NCBI RefSeq assembly: GCF_000142905.1
Contig: NW_013657609.1
Span: forward strand, 5,920 to 48,981
Direction: 5' to 3'
Length of the DNA: 43,062 bases
Source: Thecamonas trahens ATCC 50062
Lineage: Eukaryota; Protista; Apusomonadida
Shown: positions 1 through 8,580 of the stretch, one piece after another
Layout: each line of letters opens with the position of its first letter
Position numbering within the stretch: the first letter of the stretch is position 1
Position numbers and translations under genes: made by a program
Notes under the pieces: model-generated
What the model was told of the DNA's origin: nothing
The model's input: only the letters and a program-made list of their open reading frames with translations
Databases searched by the model: none

Positions 1-492
1 TCCGGGTGTGGCATGCTGCGGACGACGGACGGGCGCCATGCGGTACACCGCGGACAGTGCCTCCTGCGAGGTGCTGAAGGGCCACACCAACATTGTGCGG
101 GGTGTGATTGCGCTGCCGAGTGCGGATGGCCAGCTGCCGGTCCTGGTCTCGTGGTCGTCCAACAAGACGATCCGGGTGTGGCATGCTGCGGACGACGGGA
201 CGGGCGCCATGTGGTACACCGCGGACAGTGCCTCCTGTGAGGTGCTGGAGGGTCACACCAACAGTGTGCGGGGTGTGATTGCGCTGCCGAGTGCGGATGC
301 CCAGCTGCCTGTCCTGGTCTCGTGGTCGAAGGACAGAACGATCCGGGTGTGGCATGCTGCGGACGACGGGACGGGCGCCATGCGGTACACCGCGGACAGT
401 GCCTCCTGCGAGGTGCTGAAGGGCCACACCAACATTGTGCGGGGTGTGATTGCGCTGCCGAGTGCGGATGGCCAGCTGCCGGTCCTGGTCTC
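1..492 (+). repeat. 171-bp intragenic tandem repeat, ~2.9 copies visible
   Basis: tccgggtgtggcatgctgcggacgacgg recurs at 1, 171 and 342. Confidence 0.9.
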
Positions 493-739
493 CCAATCAT
501 ACTCTGACGAGACGTTCGAGTGGCACCCCTCCCCCACCGGCTACACCCTCCACGCCCGCCACACTTTCTCCTTCTGGCTCCACGCCCGCCGCTCCACCTC
601 CACCCACCCACGCAACAACTCCACCCGCATCACCATTGTCAACCACACCGGCCTCTCCATCCCCCACCCCTCCGACCCCAACTGCCTCCTCACCGTATTC
701 TCCAACCGCCCCCCCATCATCCTCCGCCGCCACCCATAA
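1..739 (+). CDS. WD40-repeat protein, 3' part only (5' end outside window)
   Basis: Three near-identical 57-aa units GHTN.VRGV...LVSWS..KTIRVW (GH...W WD40 signature), stop TAA at 737-739. The first unit lacks one G at ~28 relative to the other two (gacggac vs gacgggac), so the ORF-track start at 8 is artificial. Confidence 0.85.
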   Translation, partial: PGVACCGRRTGAMRYTADSASCEVLKGHTNIVRGVIALPSADGQLPVLVSWSSNKTIRVWHAADDGTGAMWYTADSASCEVLEGHTNSVRGVIALPSADAQLPVLVSWSKDRTIRVWHAADDGTGAMRYTADSASCEVLKGHTNIVRGVIALPSADGQLPVLVSQSYSDETFEWHPSPTGYTLHARHTFSFWLHARRSTSTHPRNNSTRITIVNHTGLSIPHPSDPNCLLTVFSNRPPIILRRHP

Positions 740-751
740 CACCCACCGCCT

Positions 752-1216
752 TTACTCCCCCCAGCACCGCGCCCGCATCCTCGCCGCCGCCAGCACATCC
801 GCAGCCTCCTGCGCCATGGGCCTCACCAGCGGATCGACCGACCAACACCGCTTGATGAATCACCCGCCATCGCACTAGCAGCGTTGCTGGTGAGGACCTG
901 ACGGCCGACCTCCATGGCATTGCTGCCATCAAACGCCGGCGCCCGCATGAGCATCTCGTAGAGGAGCGTGCCAAAGGTGAACATGTCGCCCTCAAACCCT
1001 CATCGGCTCCGCGCAGCTGCTCCGGCGCCATGTACGCCACCGATGGCACCACCGCCATCGTCCCCTGGTTGCTCTTGATGACCATCCGTCCGCTCTTGTG
1101 TCTACCACCACGTTGGAGGATGGCTTGCCGCCCGTGATCGAGTGGACCTCGGCGAGCGCACGCGCCAGCGCCAGTCCGATGCTCAGAGCCACACGTGATC
1201 GAGGCCCGAGCCCGAG
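752..1216 (-). pseudogene. Frameshifted protein kinase (TKL-like) C-terminal remnant, truncated by the gap
   Basis: Minus-strand pieces in different frames: ARALAEVHS..GKPSSNVVVD / VAYMAPEQLRG / GDMFTFGTLLYEM..RAPAFDGSNAMEV / FIKRCWSVDPLVRPMAQE, stop at 754-752. These are kinase subdomains VI-XI. Confidence 0.7.
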
Positions 1217-2061
1217 NNNNNNNNNNNNNNNNNNNNNNNNNNNNNNNNNNNNNNNNNNNNNNNNNNNNNNNNNNNNNNNNNNNNNNNNNNNNNNNNNNNN
1301 NNNNNNNNNNNNNNNNNNNNNNNNNNNNNNNNNNNNNNNNNNNNNNNNNNNNNNNNNNNNNNNNNNNNNNNNNNNNNNNNNNNNNNNNNNNNNNNNNNNN
1401 NNNNNNNNNNNNNNNNNNNNNNNNNNNNNNNNNNNNNNNNNNNNNNNNNNNNNNNNNNNNNNNNNNNNNNNNNNNNNNNNNNNNNNNNNNNNNNNNNNNN
1501 NNNNNNNNNNNNNNNNNNNNNNNNNNNNNNNNNNNNNNNNNNNNNNNNNNNNNNNNNNNNNNNNNNNNNNNNNNNNNNNNNNNNNNNNNNNNNNNNNNNN
1601 NNNNNNNNNNNNNNNNNNNNNNNNNNNNNNNNNNNNNNNNNNNNNNNNNNNNNNNNNNNNNNNNNNNNNNNNNNNNNNNNNNNNNNNNNNNNNNNNNNNN
1701 NNNNNNNNNNNNNNNNNNNNNNNNNNNNNNNNNNNNNNNNNNNNNNNNNNNNNNNNNNNNNNNNNNNNNNNNNNNNNNNNNNNNNNNNNNNNNNNNNNNN
1801 NNNNNNNNNNNNNNNNNNNNNNNNNNNNNNNNNNNNNNNNNNNNNNNNNNNNNNNNNNNNNNNNNNNNNNNNNNNNNNNNNNNNNNNNNNNNNNNNNNNN
1901 NNNNNNNNNNNNNNNNNNNNNNNNNNNNNNNNNNNNNNNNNNNNNNNNNNNNNNNNNNNNNNNNNNNNNNNNNNNNNNNNNNNNNNNNNNNNNNNNNNNN
2001 NNNNNNNNNNNNNNNNNNNNNNNNNNNNNNNNNNNNNNNNNNNNNNNNNNNNNNNNNNNNN
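1217..2061. other. Assembly gap
   Basis: Run of N. Confidence 0.99.
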
Positions 2062-2476
2062 CTGCCACCTCGCTCTGATGGCCTCGACACAGTCGGCTCT
2101 CCGATCGACGATACGCGACGACGACAACGACGACGGGGCGCCCTCTGAGCGCCCAATTCTTACCTTGATCTCGTGTGTACGCGAGCTATCGAACGGCGCT
2201 CATGTACACGCGGATCACCGCGTCAATTGGCACGATGTGCTGGTACTCGAGGCTGGGACAGTAAAAGCGAGAAAAACTCAATCCGTCGAGCCAGTGGAGC
2301 GACCGCTCGGCCGGCAGCCGAGTGTGTGAGCCTATCGGCTGCCGGGAAATCGCACATGCGTATGCCACCCCCGAGTGACACATGCGGATCTGCGGCCATC
2401 CAACCACTTCAACACTGCCGCCCCCCTCCCACGCCACAACCTCCGGCACCCACTACACTACCGGCAACAGACCACC

Positions 2477-4006
2477 ATGCCACACTTTGCAAGTGCAGTG
2501 ACTGTAGCAACCCTGGCATCTACCTTGCTCCTCGCCCTTGTCCTCCCTGCTGCCGCTACACTTGATGCGGATGTTGGCCTTGGTCCAGGTGCACACCTCG
2601 TGTATGAGGCACCAATTAAGATCACTACTGGCTTCCTGCCTCCCATGTCGGGAGTGCCTACCTTTGTGGCTGGCTCTCTAGCTCCGATCAGTACCAAGCC
2701 CATGCCGCCCAGTGACATCCTCATTTCTTCGCCCATGTCAAGTCCTACCATGCTTGGCAACCAGGGCAAGAAGGCCTGGCATGTCAATCCCATCGATCTG
2801 ACACACCAGACATCGGCCGCCACCTTTGGTCTCCTCTCGGCGGTCGGGCCAGATGCACACGCCATGATCGTCCTCGCCAACGTGGACGATGGCCTTGTGT
2901 ACGCCAACATGTCGGCCGCCCCCGTGGGATTTTCGCAACCACTCGTGCCGGTCTATCCCGGTATCCATCCGTCGGCCCTGGTCATGACCGCCATCTCCGC
3001 CCCACATCCTGCGCAGGACTTGGTCATGGTACTGCCAGGCGAGGCAGAGAGCAGTCCGGACACTCTCGCATGGATGGCCAATACTCATGGCAGCGGGCAT
3101 GAGTTGTCGACGCCCATTCCCGTCTTCTCCAACGCCAGCATGAGCCGGCCGATCCTCGCCGACGTCGACGGCGACGGCCTCGACGACGTCCTCGTCTTCA
3201 GCTCTTCATCACCTGCTGTCTGGCTTGTTCGCAACAAGGGCTCTGACGGTGGTCTCGACGCGCCAGTCCTCGTCTACCAAGGCCCGGCAGAGGCAACGGT
3301 CACCGCGATTGCCGTAGGCCATTTCCCTGGCCCTCGCGCCGACATCATCGTCGCCGTTGAAAACTCGTCCGTGCCGACTGCCTTTGTCGTCCGCGTTGTC
3401 CAGACCTCACCGATGACCTTTGTTGTCGGCGAGTACATCGCCGAGCCTGGCACAATTGGAAGCCAGGTGCCTGACATGGTCACTGTCCCGGCCCTTGTCC
3501 CAGACGGGCCCGACACGCTCATCATCTCAGCCTACACATTGGCCAAGATCTTCCAGCTGACGCCCACCGGATCGGCGGCGTGGAACCGGACCACCATCCC
3601 AAGCAAGACTGGCGCGGTTCGGCTTCTTGTCTCCAACCTCTTTGACTCGCCGTCTGCACCTGGTCGTGATCTTGCTGCCATGGGTCTCATTGCGGTCATG
3701 GCCTACCCTGCCACCAGTGTGTCGCCGCCGTCGCCTCCCGCTCCGGCCTGTCCTCCGCCACCGCCATCGTCTTCACCGCCATCGCCGCCATCGTCGCCGC
3801 CATCGCCGCCATCACCGCCGTCGCCGCACCCGCCGGCACAGGGACCCTCTACCTTCAATCCGAGCCCCACACCTATCATTCTCGCCGCAGTCGGCGCCGT
3901 CGTCGTATGCGGCCTGGTGCTCGCCATGGTCTTTATCATCCGCCGCCGTCGCAACAGCCAGCGCTTGGAGCGATCCCCTCTCCTCGGCATCAACCGCGGC
4001 GCCTAA
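2477..4006 (+). CDS. Type I membrane protein with FG-GAP/VCBS-like motif, Pro/Ser-rich stalk and short cytoplasmic tail
   Basis: ATG 2477 followed by a signal peptide (ASTLLLALVLPAAA). Contains ILADVDGDGLDDVLV (DxDGDG Ca-binding motif), a polyPro/Ser stalk, TM IILAAVGAVVVCGLVLAMVFII then RRRR, and a tail with ERSPLL. Confidence 0.8.
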   Translation: MPHFASAVTVATLASTLLLALVLPAAATLDADVGLGPGAHLVYEAPIKITTGFLPPMSGVPTFVAGSLAPISTKPMPPSDILISSPMSSPTMLGNQGKKAWHVNPIDLTHQTSAATFGLLSAVGPDAHAMIVLANVDDGLVYANMSAAPVGFSQPLVPVYPGIHPSALVMTAISAPHPAQDLVMVLPGEAESSPDTLAWMANTHGSGHELSTPIPVFSNASMSRPILADVDGDGLDDVLVFSSSSPAVWLVRNKGSDGGLDAPVLVYQGPAEATVTAIAVGHFPGPRADIIVAVENSSVPTAFVVRVVQTSPMTFVVGEYIAEPGTIGSQVPDMVTVPALVPDGPDTLIISAYTLAKIFQLTPTGSAAWNRTTIPSKTGAVRLLVSNLFDSPSAPGRDLAAMGLIAVMAYPATSVSPPSPPAPACPPPPPSSSPPSPPSSPPSPPSPPSPHPPAQGPSTFNPSPTPIILAAVGAVVVCGLVLAMVFIIRRRRNSQRLERSPLLGINRGA

Positions 4007-4067
4007 GTAAAGCAGCTAACGGGCGGGACCGCGGCGCCTAAGTAAAGCAGCTAACGGGCGGGACCGC
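3993..4067. repeat. 35-bp direct tandem duplication spanning the convergent 3' ends of two genes
   Basis: accgcggcgcctaagtaaagcagctaacgggcggg at 3993 and 4028. Confidence 0.9.
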
Positions 4068-5345
4068 TTGCGGCGGCGGCATCGACGCGCGGGTCGGCTG
4101 CGAGCAAGGCAACGACGTGGTCGTGTCTGTTCTTTGCGGCCAACCGAATAGAGATGTTGTTGCTGACACACGGATCGACGCGCGGCCATGCTCGCCACTC
4201 GCAACGCGTAGTTGTTGTCTGTCGATGGATCCACAGCTGGATTCGCAAGCAGTTGCTGCACAATCCACAGCTGGATTCGCAAGCAGTTGCTGCACAATCT
4301 CGGTGTGGCCTTCCCTCGCTGCCCACGCAAAGGTGCTCTTGGTGCTCCGGGACTCGAATGCCCATGTGTTGCCAACGATCAGCTCGGCAATGTGCGTGTG
4401 CCCCTCGCGGATGGCACAATCGATGGCAAGGTCGTAGTCCCTGGCCCGGACGCTAAAGCGCGGATGGGCGAAGAGGAGCGCCAAGGTGTCGGNNNNNNNN
4501 NNNNNNNNNNNNNNNNNNNNNNNNNNNNNNNNNNNNNNNNNNNNNNNNNNNNNNNNNNNNNNNNNNNNNNNNNNNNNNNNNNNNNNNNNNNNNNNNNNNN
4601 NNNNNNNNNNNNNNNNNNNNNNNNNNNNNNNNNNNNNNNNNNNNNNNNNNNNNNNNNNNNNNNNNNNNNNNNNNNNNNNNNNNNNNNNNNNNNNNNNNNN
4701 NNNNNNNNNNNNNNNNNNNNNNNNNNNNNNNNNNNNNNNNNNNNNNNNNNNNNNNNNNNNNNNNNNNNNNNNNNNNNNNNNNNNNNNNNNNNNNNNNNNN
4801 NNNNNNNNNNNNNNNNNNNNNNNNNNNNNNNNNNNNNNNNNNNNNNNNNNNNNNNNNNNNNNNNNNNNNNNNNNNNNNNNNATGATACTCCCCATGCCCA
4901 TCCATCTGTCATCCGTCAACCATCGCAAGCCCATGATCGTCTGTCGCCTCCTGATCTTGATAGCTGCGCGGCTCTTCATGACCGCCACCACCACCTTCCG
5001 CCACCACTCGTCATCCATGGCTCTGGCCATGGCCACGCGCTCCATGCGGGACTTGGACCACGATCGCCGGCCCAACTTCTCGATGAACCACAGTTCGATG
5101 AACTCCTCGATCTCGGCCTGCCGCATCATGGCTATCCACGCCGATCGCCACCATCCATGCGCCATACAGACATCGAATCCGCCGAGTGCCCGTGCCTGTG
5201 CCTGACCATGGTGTGAGCCGAGGAGTGCGGTATGGAGTCGGGTGCAAGTCGAGGCGAGGGCGACCACATCGCGTCCGGAGAGCATTCTGAGTGTGTACGC
5301 CACGAGATGGATGAGTTCTGTGGGGAGGGACGTGATCGTTGCCAT
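4051..5345 (-). pseudogene. F-box-like plus ankyrin-repeat protein, gapped and frameshifted near the 3' end
   Basis: Starts MATITSLPTELIHLVAY...RDVVALASTCTRLH (F-box-like). Ankyrin units AIREGHTHIAELI, AAREGHTEIVQQLLANPAVD and AAKNRHDHVVALLAADPRVD span more than one frame. N gap at 4493-4881. Confidence 0.7.
4229..4299. repeat. 34-bp tandem duplication that breaks the ankyrin reading frame
   Basis: atccacagctggattcgcaagcagttgctgcaca at 4229 and 4263. Confidence 0.9.
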
Positions 5346-5450
5346 GCCTCTCGCTTGCTGGCTCGGAGAGAGGTATCTTCCCCTTGCCGAATACGATGCC
5401 GATGCCACACTCGGTCTGTTTCGGGACCGTTGCGGACACCTGTCGCATCC

Positions 5451-5808
5451 GACGATTACTCAACGTTACCCTAATCGTTCAACGATTAACTCTTGTACCC
5501 ACAATCGTGCAACGATTCCGGTTCGTTACAAGGATCGACCAACGATTAACTCTCGTACCCACAATCGTCCAACGATTCCGGTTCGTTACAAGGATCGACC
5601 AACGATTAACTCTCGTGCCCACAATCGTCCAACGATTCCGGTTCGTTACAAGGATCGACCAACGATTAACTCTCGTGCCCACAATCGTCCAACAATTCCG
5701 GTTCGTTACAAGGATCGACCAACGATCAACTCTCGTGCCCACAATCGTCCAACGATTCCGGTTCGTTACAAGGATCGACCAACGATCAACTCTCGTGCCC
5801 ACAATCGA
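5451..5808. repeat. 60-bp tandem array (5.5 copies) made of two alternating related 30-bp monomers
   Basis: A=aacgattaactctcgtgcccacaatcgtcc at 5481, 5541, 5601, 5661, 5721, 5781. B=aacgattccggttcgttacaaggatcgacc at 5511, 5571, 5631, 5691, 5751. A degenerate monomer sits at 5451. Confidence 0.95.
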
Positions 5809-5841
5809 CACCCCTCGTCTCCACACCCCCTCGCAACGGTC

Positions 5842-6972
5842 ATGGCCTGCCCGCTCCTCACCCTCCCCTCCGAACTCATTCACGCCATCGCATACAGCAC
5901 CGCCCTCGCCGCCATCGACGTCATCTCCCTCGCCTCGACATGCATCGCCCTCCACACCATCCTCCTCGGACCGCCGGGCGAGAGCCACCCGTACCTCCGC
6001 GCCAGAGCCATGGCATGCCTCGGCCTGCCAGCCGTCGCCGCCACAAGCAACATACGAGCCATCGTCATGGCTCTCAACAATGATCGCTCTGCTCAAGCCG
6101 TCGACGATCTCATGACATATCTCGTCAGCTTGCCCTTGGCAAAGGCAAAGGCTCTGGCGTGTCTCCCGGACTTTATCGCCCTTGTCGACCGCATGGTTGC
6201 CATCGCGCCCGAGTTGTTCAACACCTCGTACGCCTGCTCCGCATGGGACTGGCCGTTCTACGTCTGGTGCGCTCACTGGGGTGCATGGGAGGCGACACAC
6301 ATGCTGCTGAAGGACGAGAACTTGCACTGCGCCGCCGATCATCCTCGCCTGCTTGAGATAGCCGCTGCTTCGGGCCTCGCTGAAGTGGTCGAGGCGCTGA
6401 TGGCGTACCCGGGTGTGGAGGCCAACGGCCAGTTAGCCTTTGTCCGCGCTGCTGCCGGTGGACACCTGGAGCTGGCAATGCGCCTGGCAGAGCTACCGCA
6501 TGTTCATGTCGCCGGAAACCGGGGTGGTGCCCTCCGCCAGGCCGCAGGCAACGGGCGCGCCGAGGTCATCGACTGGCTCCTGAGCGAGTGCGACGAGTTT
6601 GACGAGGCGGACATCACCGCCGCTGCCAACAACAGCGCGTTGAGCGGCTCTGGCTCGACGCTCGCTGTCATCTTTGCCTACACTGACGCACACGACATCG
6701 CCATCTGCAAGGCAAGCATCCTCCGCCTCGCTGCCTCGGTCGGACACCCGTCCGTCGTTGCGCTCATCCTCGACGATCCCGGCCCGTCGCTGGCAGCCTC
6801 GGTCTCCCGCGCGCTCCTTGGCGCAGTCGAGTTTGGCCACGCCGCCGTTGTCGACCTCCTCCTCGCCGATCCGCGCGTCGACGTCGCCTTTAGGGACGGC
6901 GCCCCGCTCGCCGCTGCGCTCCGCCGTGGCAACACCGCCATCGCCGCCTCCCTTCGCGATGCTGGAGCGTAG
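5842..6972 (+). CDS. F-box-like plus ankyrin-repeat protein
   Basis: MACPLLTLPSELIHAIAY...DVISLASTCIALH (F-box-like), followed by several ankyrin units (AAAGGHLELAMRL, AAGNGRAEVIDWLL, AASVGHPSVVALIL, AVEFGHAAVVDLLLADPRVD). The upstream ORF extension merely reads through the repeat array. Confidence 0.85.
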   Translation: MACPLLTLPSELIHAIAYSTALAAIDVISLASTCIALHTILLGPPGESHPYLRARAMACLGLPAVAATSNIRAIVMALNNDRSAQAVDDLMTYLVSLPLAKAKALACLPDFIALVDRMVAIAPELFNTSYACSAWDWPFYVWCAHWGAWEATHMLLKDENLHCAADHPRLLEIAAASGLAEVVEALMAYPGVEANGQLAFVRAAAGGHLELAMRLAELPHVHVAGNRGGALRQAAGNGRAEVIDWLLSECDEFDEADITAAANNSALSGSGSTLAVIFAYTDAHDIAICKASILRLAASVGHPSVVALILDDPGPSLAASVSRALLGAVEFGHAAVVDLLLADPRVDVAFRDGAPLAAALRRGNTAIAASLRDAGA

Positions 6973-7134
6973 CTGCAGCCACCCCCCACCGAACGCACAG
7001 GCATGCGCGCGCGAGCGCTACCCTCCCCCCTCTGTCATCCCTGATCGTGGACTGGCTGCTGCTTCCGCCAGCGGGCAAGAGCCAGAGATCGACCTGTCGT
7101 ATGCGGAAGTGATGGTGCACGTGGAGACCGCGTG

Positions 7135-7689
7135 ATGTGGTTCGAGAGCTACGGCGCCGCCGCCCCGTCTGCTCCGGCTCAGGCCGAGCTCCTAGTCACG
7201 CTGGTAGCGCCCGATGGTTGGTGCCACACCGTCGACAGTGCAGATCACACCAGCCGTCCTACTGCAGCGACCTTCCATCCGCTCGGTAGCCTCGCCAACT
7301 CCTGTCTCTGGCCGCAGTTTACCAACGATCTCTCCGAAGCCGTCGCCAAGTACCACAGAGGCCGGCCAGGCAAGTACCCAGGCCGCGTTATCTCGGATGC
7401 CATCGAGCTCCTTGCCTCAGGCAAAGACTCAACAGGCAACGATGTCTCCGGCCGCAACTACATGCGCCACACCGCCTGGCCGTTGCTGCTGGCTGCCATC
7501 GCCTACCACATTGATCTCGGTGGATACCGCGCACGTGAAGACGCCGTCCTCTCTATCAACTTTGCTCTCACTGCTGACCTCATCCGAGCCCGTACCGCCT
7601 CTTTCACCCACGACTCTTACGCCGACATTAACACCCTTCTCGCCGCACTCGTCTCCCATGCAATGTTGTCGACGTCATCGTGGTGGTGA
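7135..7689 (+). CDS. Hypothetical protein, possibly a gene fragment
   Basis: 184-aa ORF with codon usage like the neighbouring genes and globular-looking composition. It may join the upstream frame (..VMVHVETA) via a 1-nt indel at ~7132. No family recognised. Confidence 0.4.
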   Translation: MWFESYGAAAPSAPAQAELLVTLVAPDGWCHTVDSADHTSRPTAATFHPLGSLANSCLWPQFTNDLSEAVAKYHRGRPGKYPGRVISDAIELLASGKDSTGNDVSGRNYMRHTAWPLLLAAIAYHIDLGGYRAREDAVLSINFALTADLIRARTASFTHDSYADINTLLAALVSHAMLSTSSWW

Positions 7690-7697
7690 TCAAGCCT

Positions 7698-8093
7698 ATC
7701 ACCATCACCATATCATGGCTATCATGGTCATAGTCATCGGCATCATGGCCATAGTCATCATCACCATCACCATCACCACCATCACCACCACCATCACCAC
7801 CACCACCACCATCACCATCACCACCACCACCCCCATCACCACCACCATCACCACCACCATCACCATCACCATCACCACCACCACCACCATCACCATCACC
7901 ACCACCATCACCACCACCATCTTTTTTCACCACCACCATCACCATCACCACCACCACCCCCATCACCACCACCACCACCACCCCCATCACCACCATCATC
8001 ACCACCTCCATCACCATCACCACCACCATTGTTTGTGGGGGGGGAGAGAAAATCATTCCTATCACCATCACCATCACCACCATCACCACCATC
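7698..8093. repeat. (ACC/ATC)n trinucleotide low-complexity tract
   Basis: About 400 bp of caccaccatcac-type sequence next to an N gap (8140-8493). Confidence 0.9.
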
Positions 8094-8580
8094 AGCGTGG
8101 GGGGGGGGGAGTGTGATGACAACCTTTATTTTTTTTTTTNNNNNNNNNNNNNNNNNNNNNNNNNNNNNNNNNNNNNNNNNNNNNNNNNNNNNNNNNNNNN
8201 NNNNNNNNNNNNNNNNNNNNNNNNNNNNNNNNNNNNNNNNNNNNNNNNNNNNNNNNNNNNNNNNNNNNNNNNNNNNNNNNNNNNNNNNNNNNNNNNNNNN
8301 NNNNNNNNNNNNNNNNNNNNNNNNNNNNNNNNNNNNNNNNNNNNNNNNNNNNNNNNNNNNNNNNNNNNNNNNNNNNNNNNNNNNNNNNNNNNNNNNNNNN
8401 NNNNNNNNNNNNNNNNNNNNNNNNNNNNNNNNNNNNNNNNNNNNNNNNNNNNNNNNNNNNNNNNNNNNNNNNNNNNNNNNNNNNNNNNNNNNNCCCCCCG
8501 CCCCCCTCATCCCCACTCCAAAAAAACCGTTAACTCGCCACGCCCCTCTCCTCCCTCCCTCCACCCCACCCCACCCACCC

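Noticed and set aside
717-2156. Long ORFs spanning the N gap
   Set aside because: Open only because Ns contain no stop codons.
2477-4006. Integrin alpha
   Set aside because: Too short, no thigh/calf region evident, and no GFFKR-type tail.
5451-5808. CRISPR array
   Set aside because: No unique spacers (pure A-B tandem), no cas genes, eukaryotic context.
5242-5841. N-terminal extension of the F-box/ankyrin ORF with PTINSRAHNRPTIPVRYKDR repeats
   Set aside because: Overlaps the opposite gene's start, the array is open in several frames, and the F-box start at 5842 matches the paralog's start.
7214-8122. Poly-His/Thr and poly-Val/Gly ORFs
   Set aside because: Translations of a trinucleotide low-complexity tract beside a gap.
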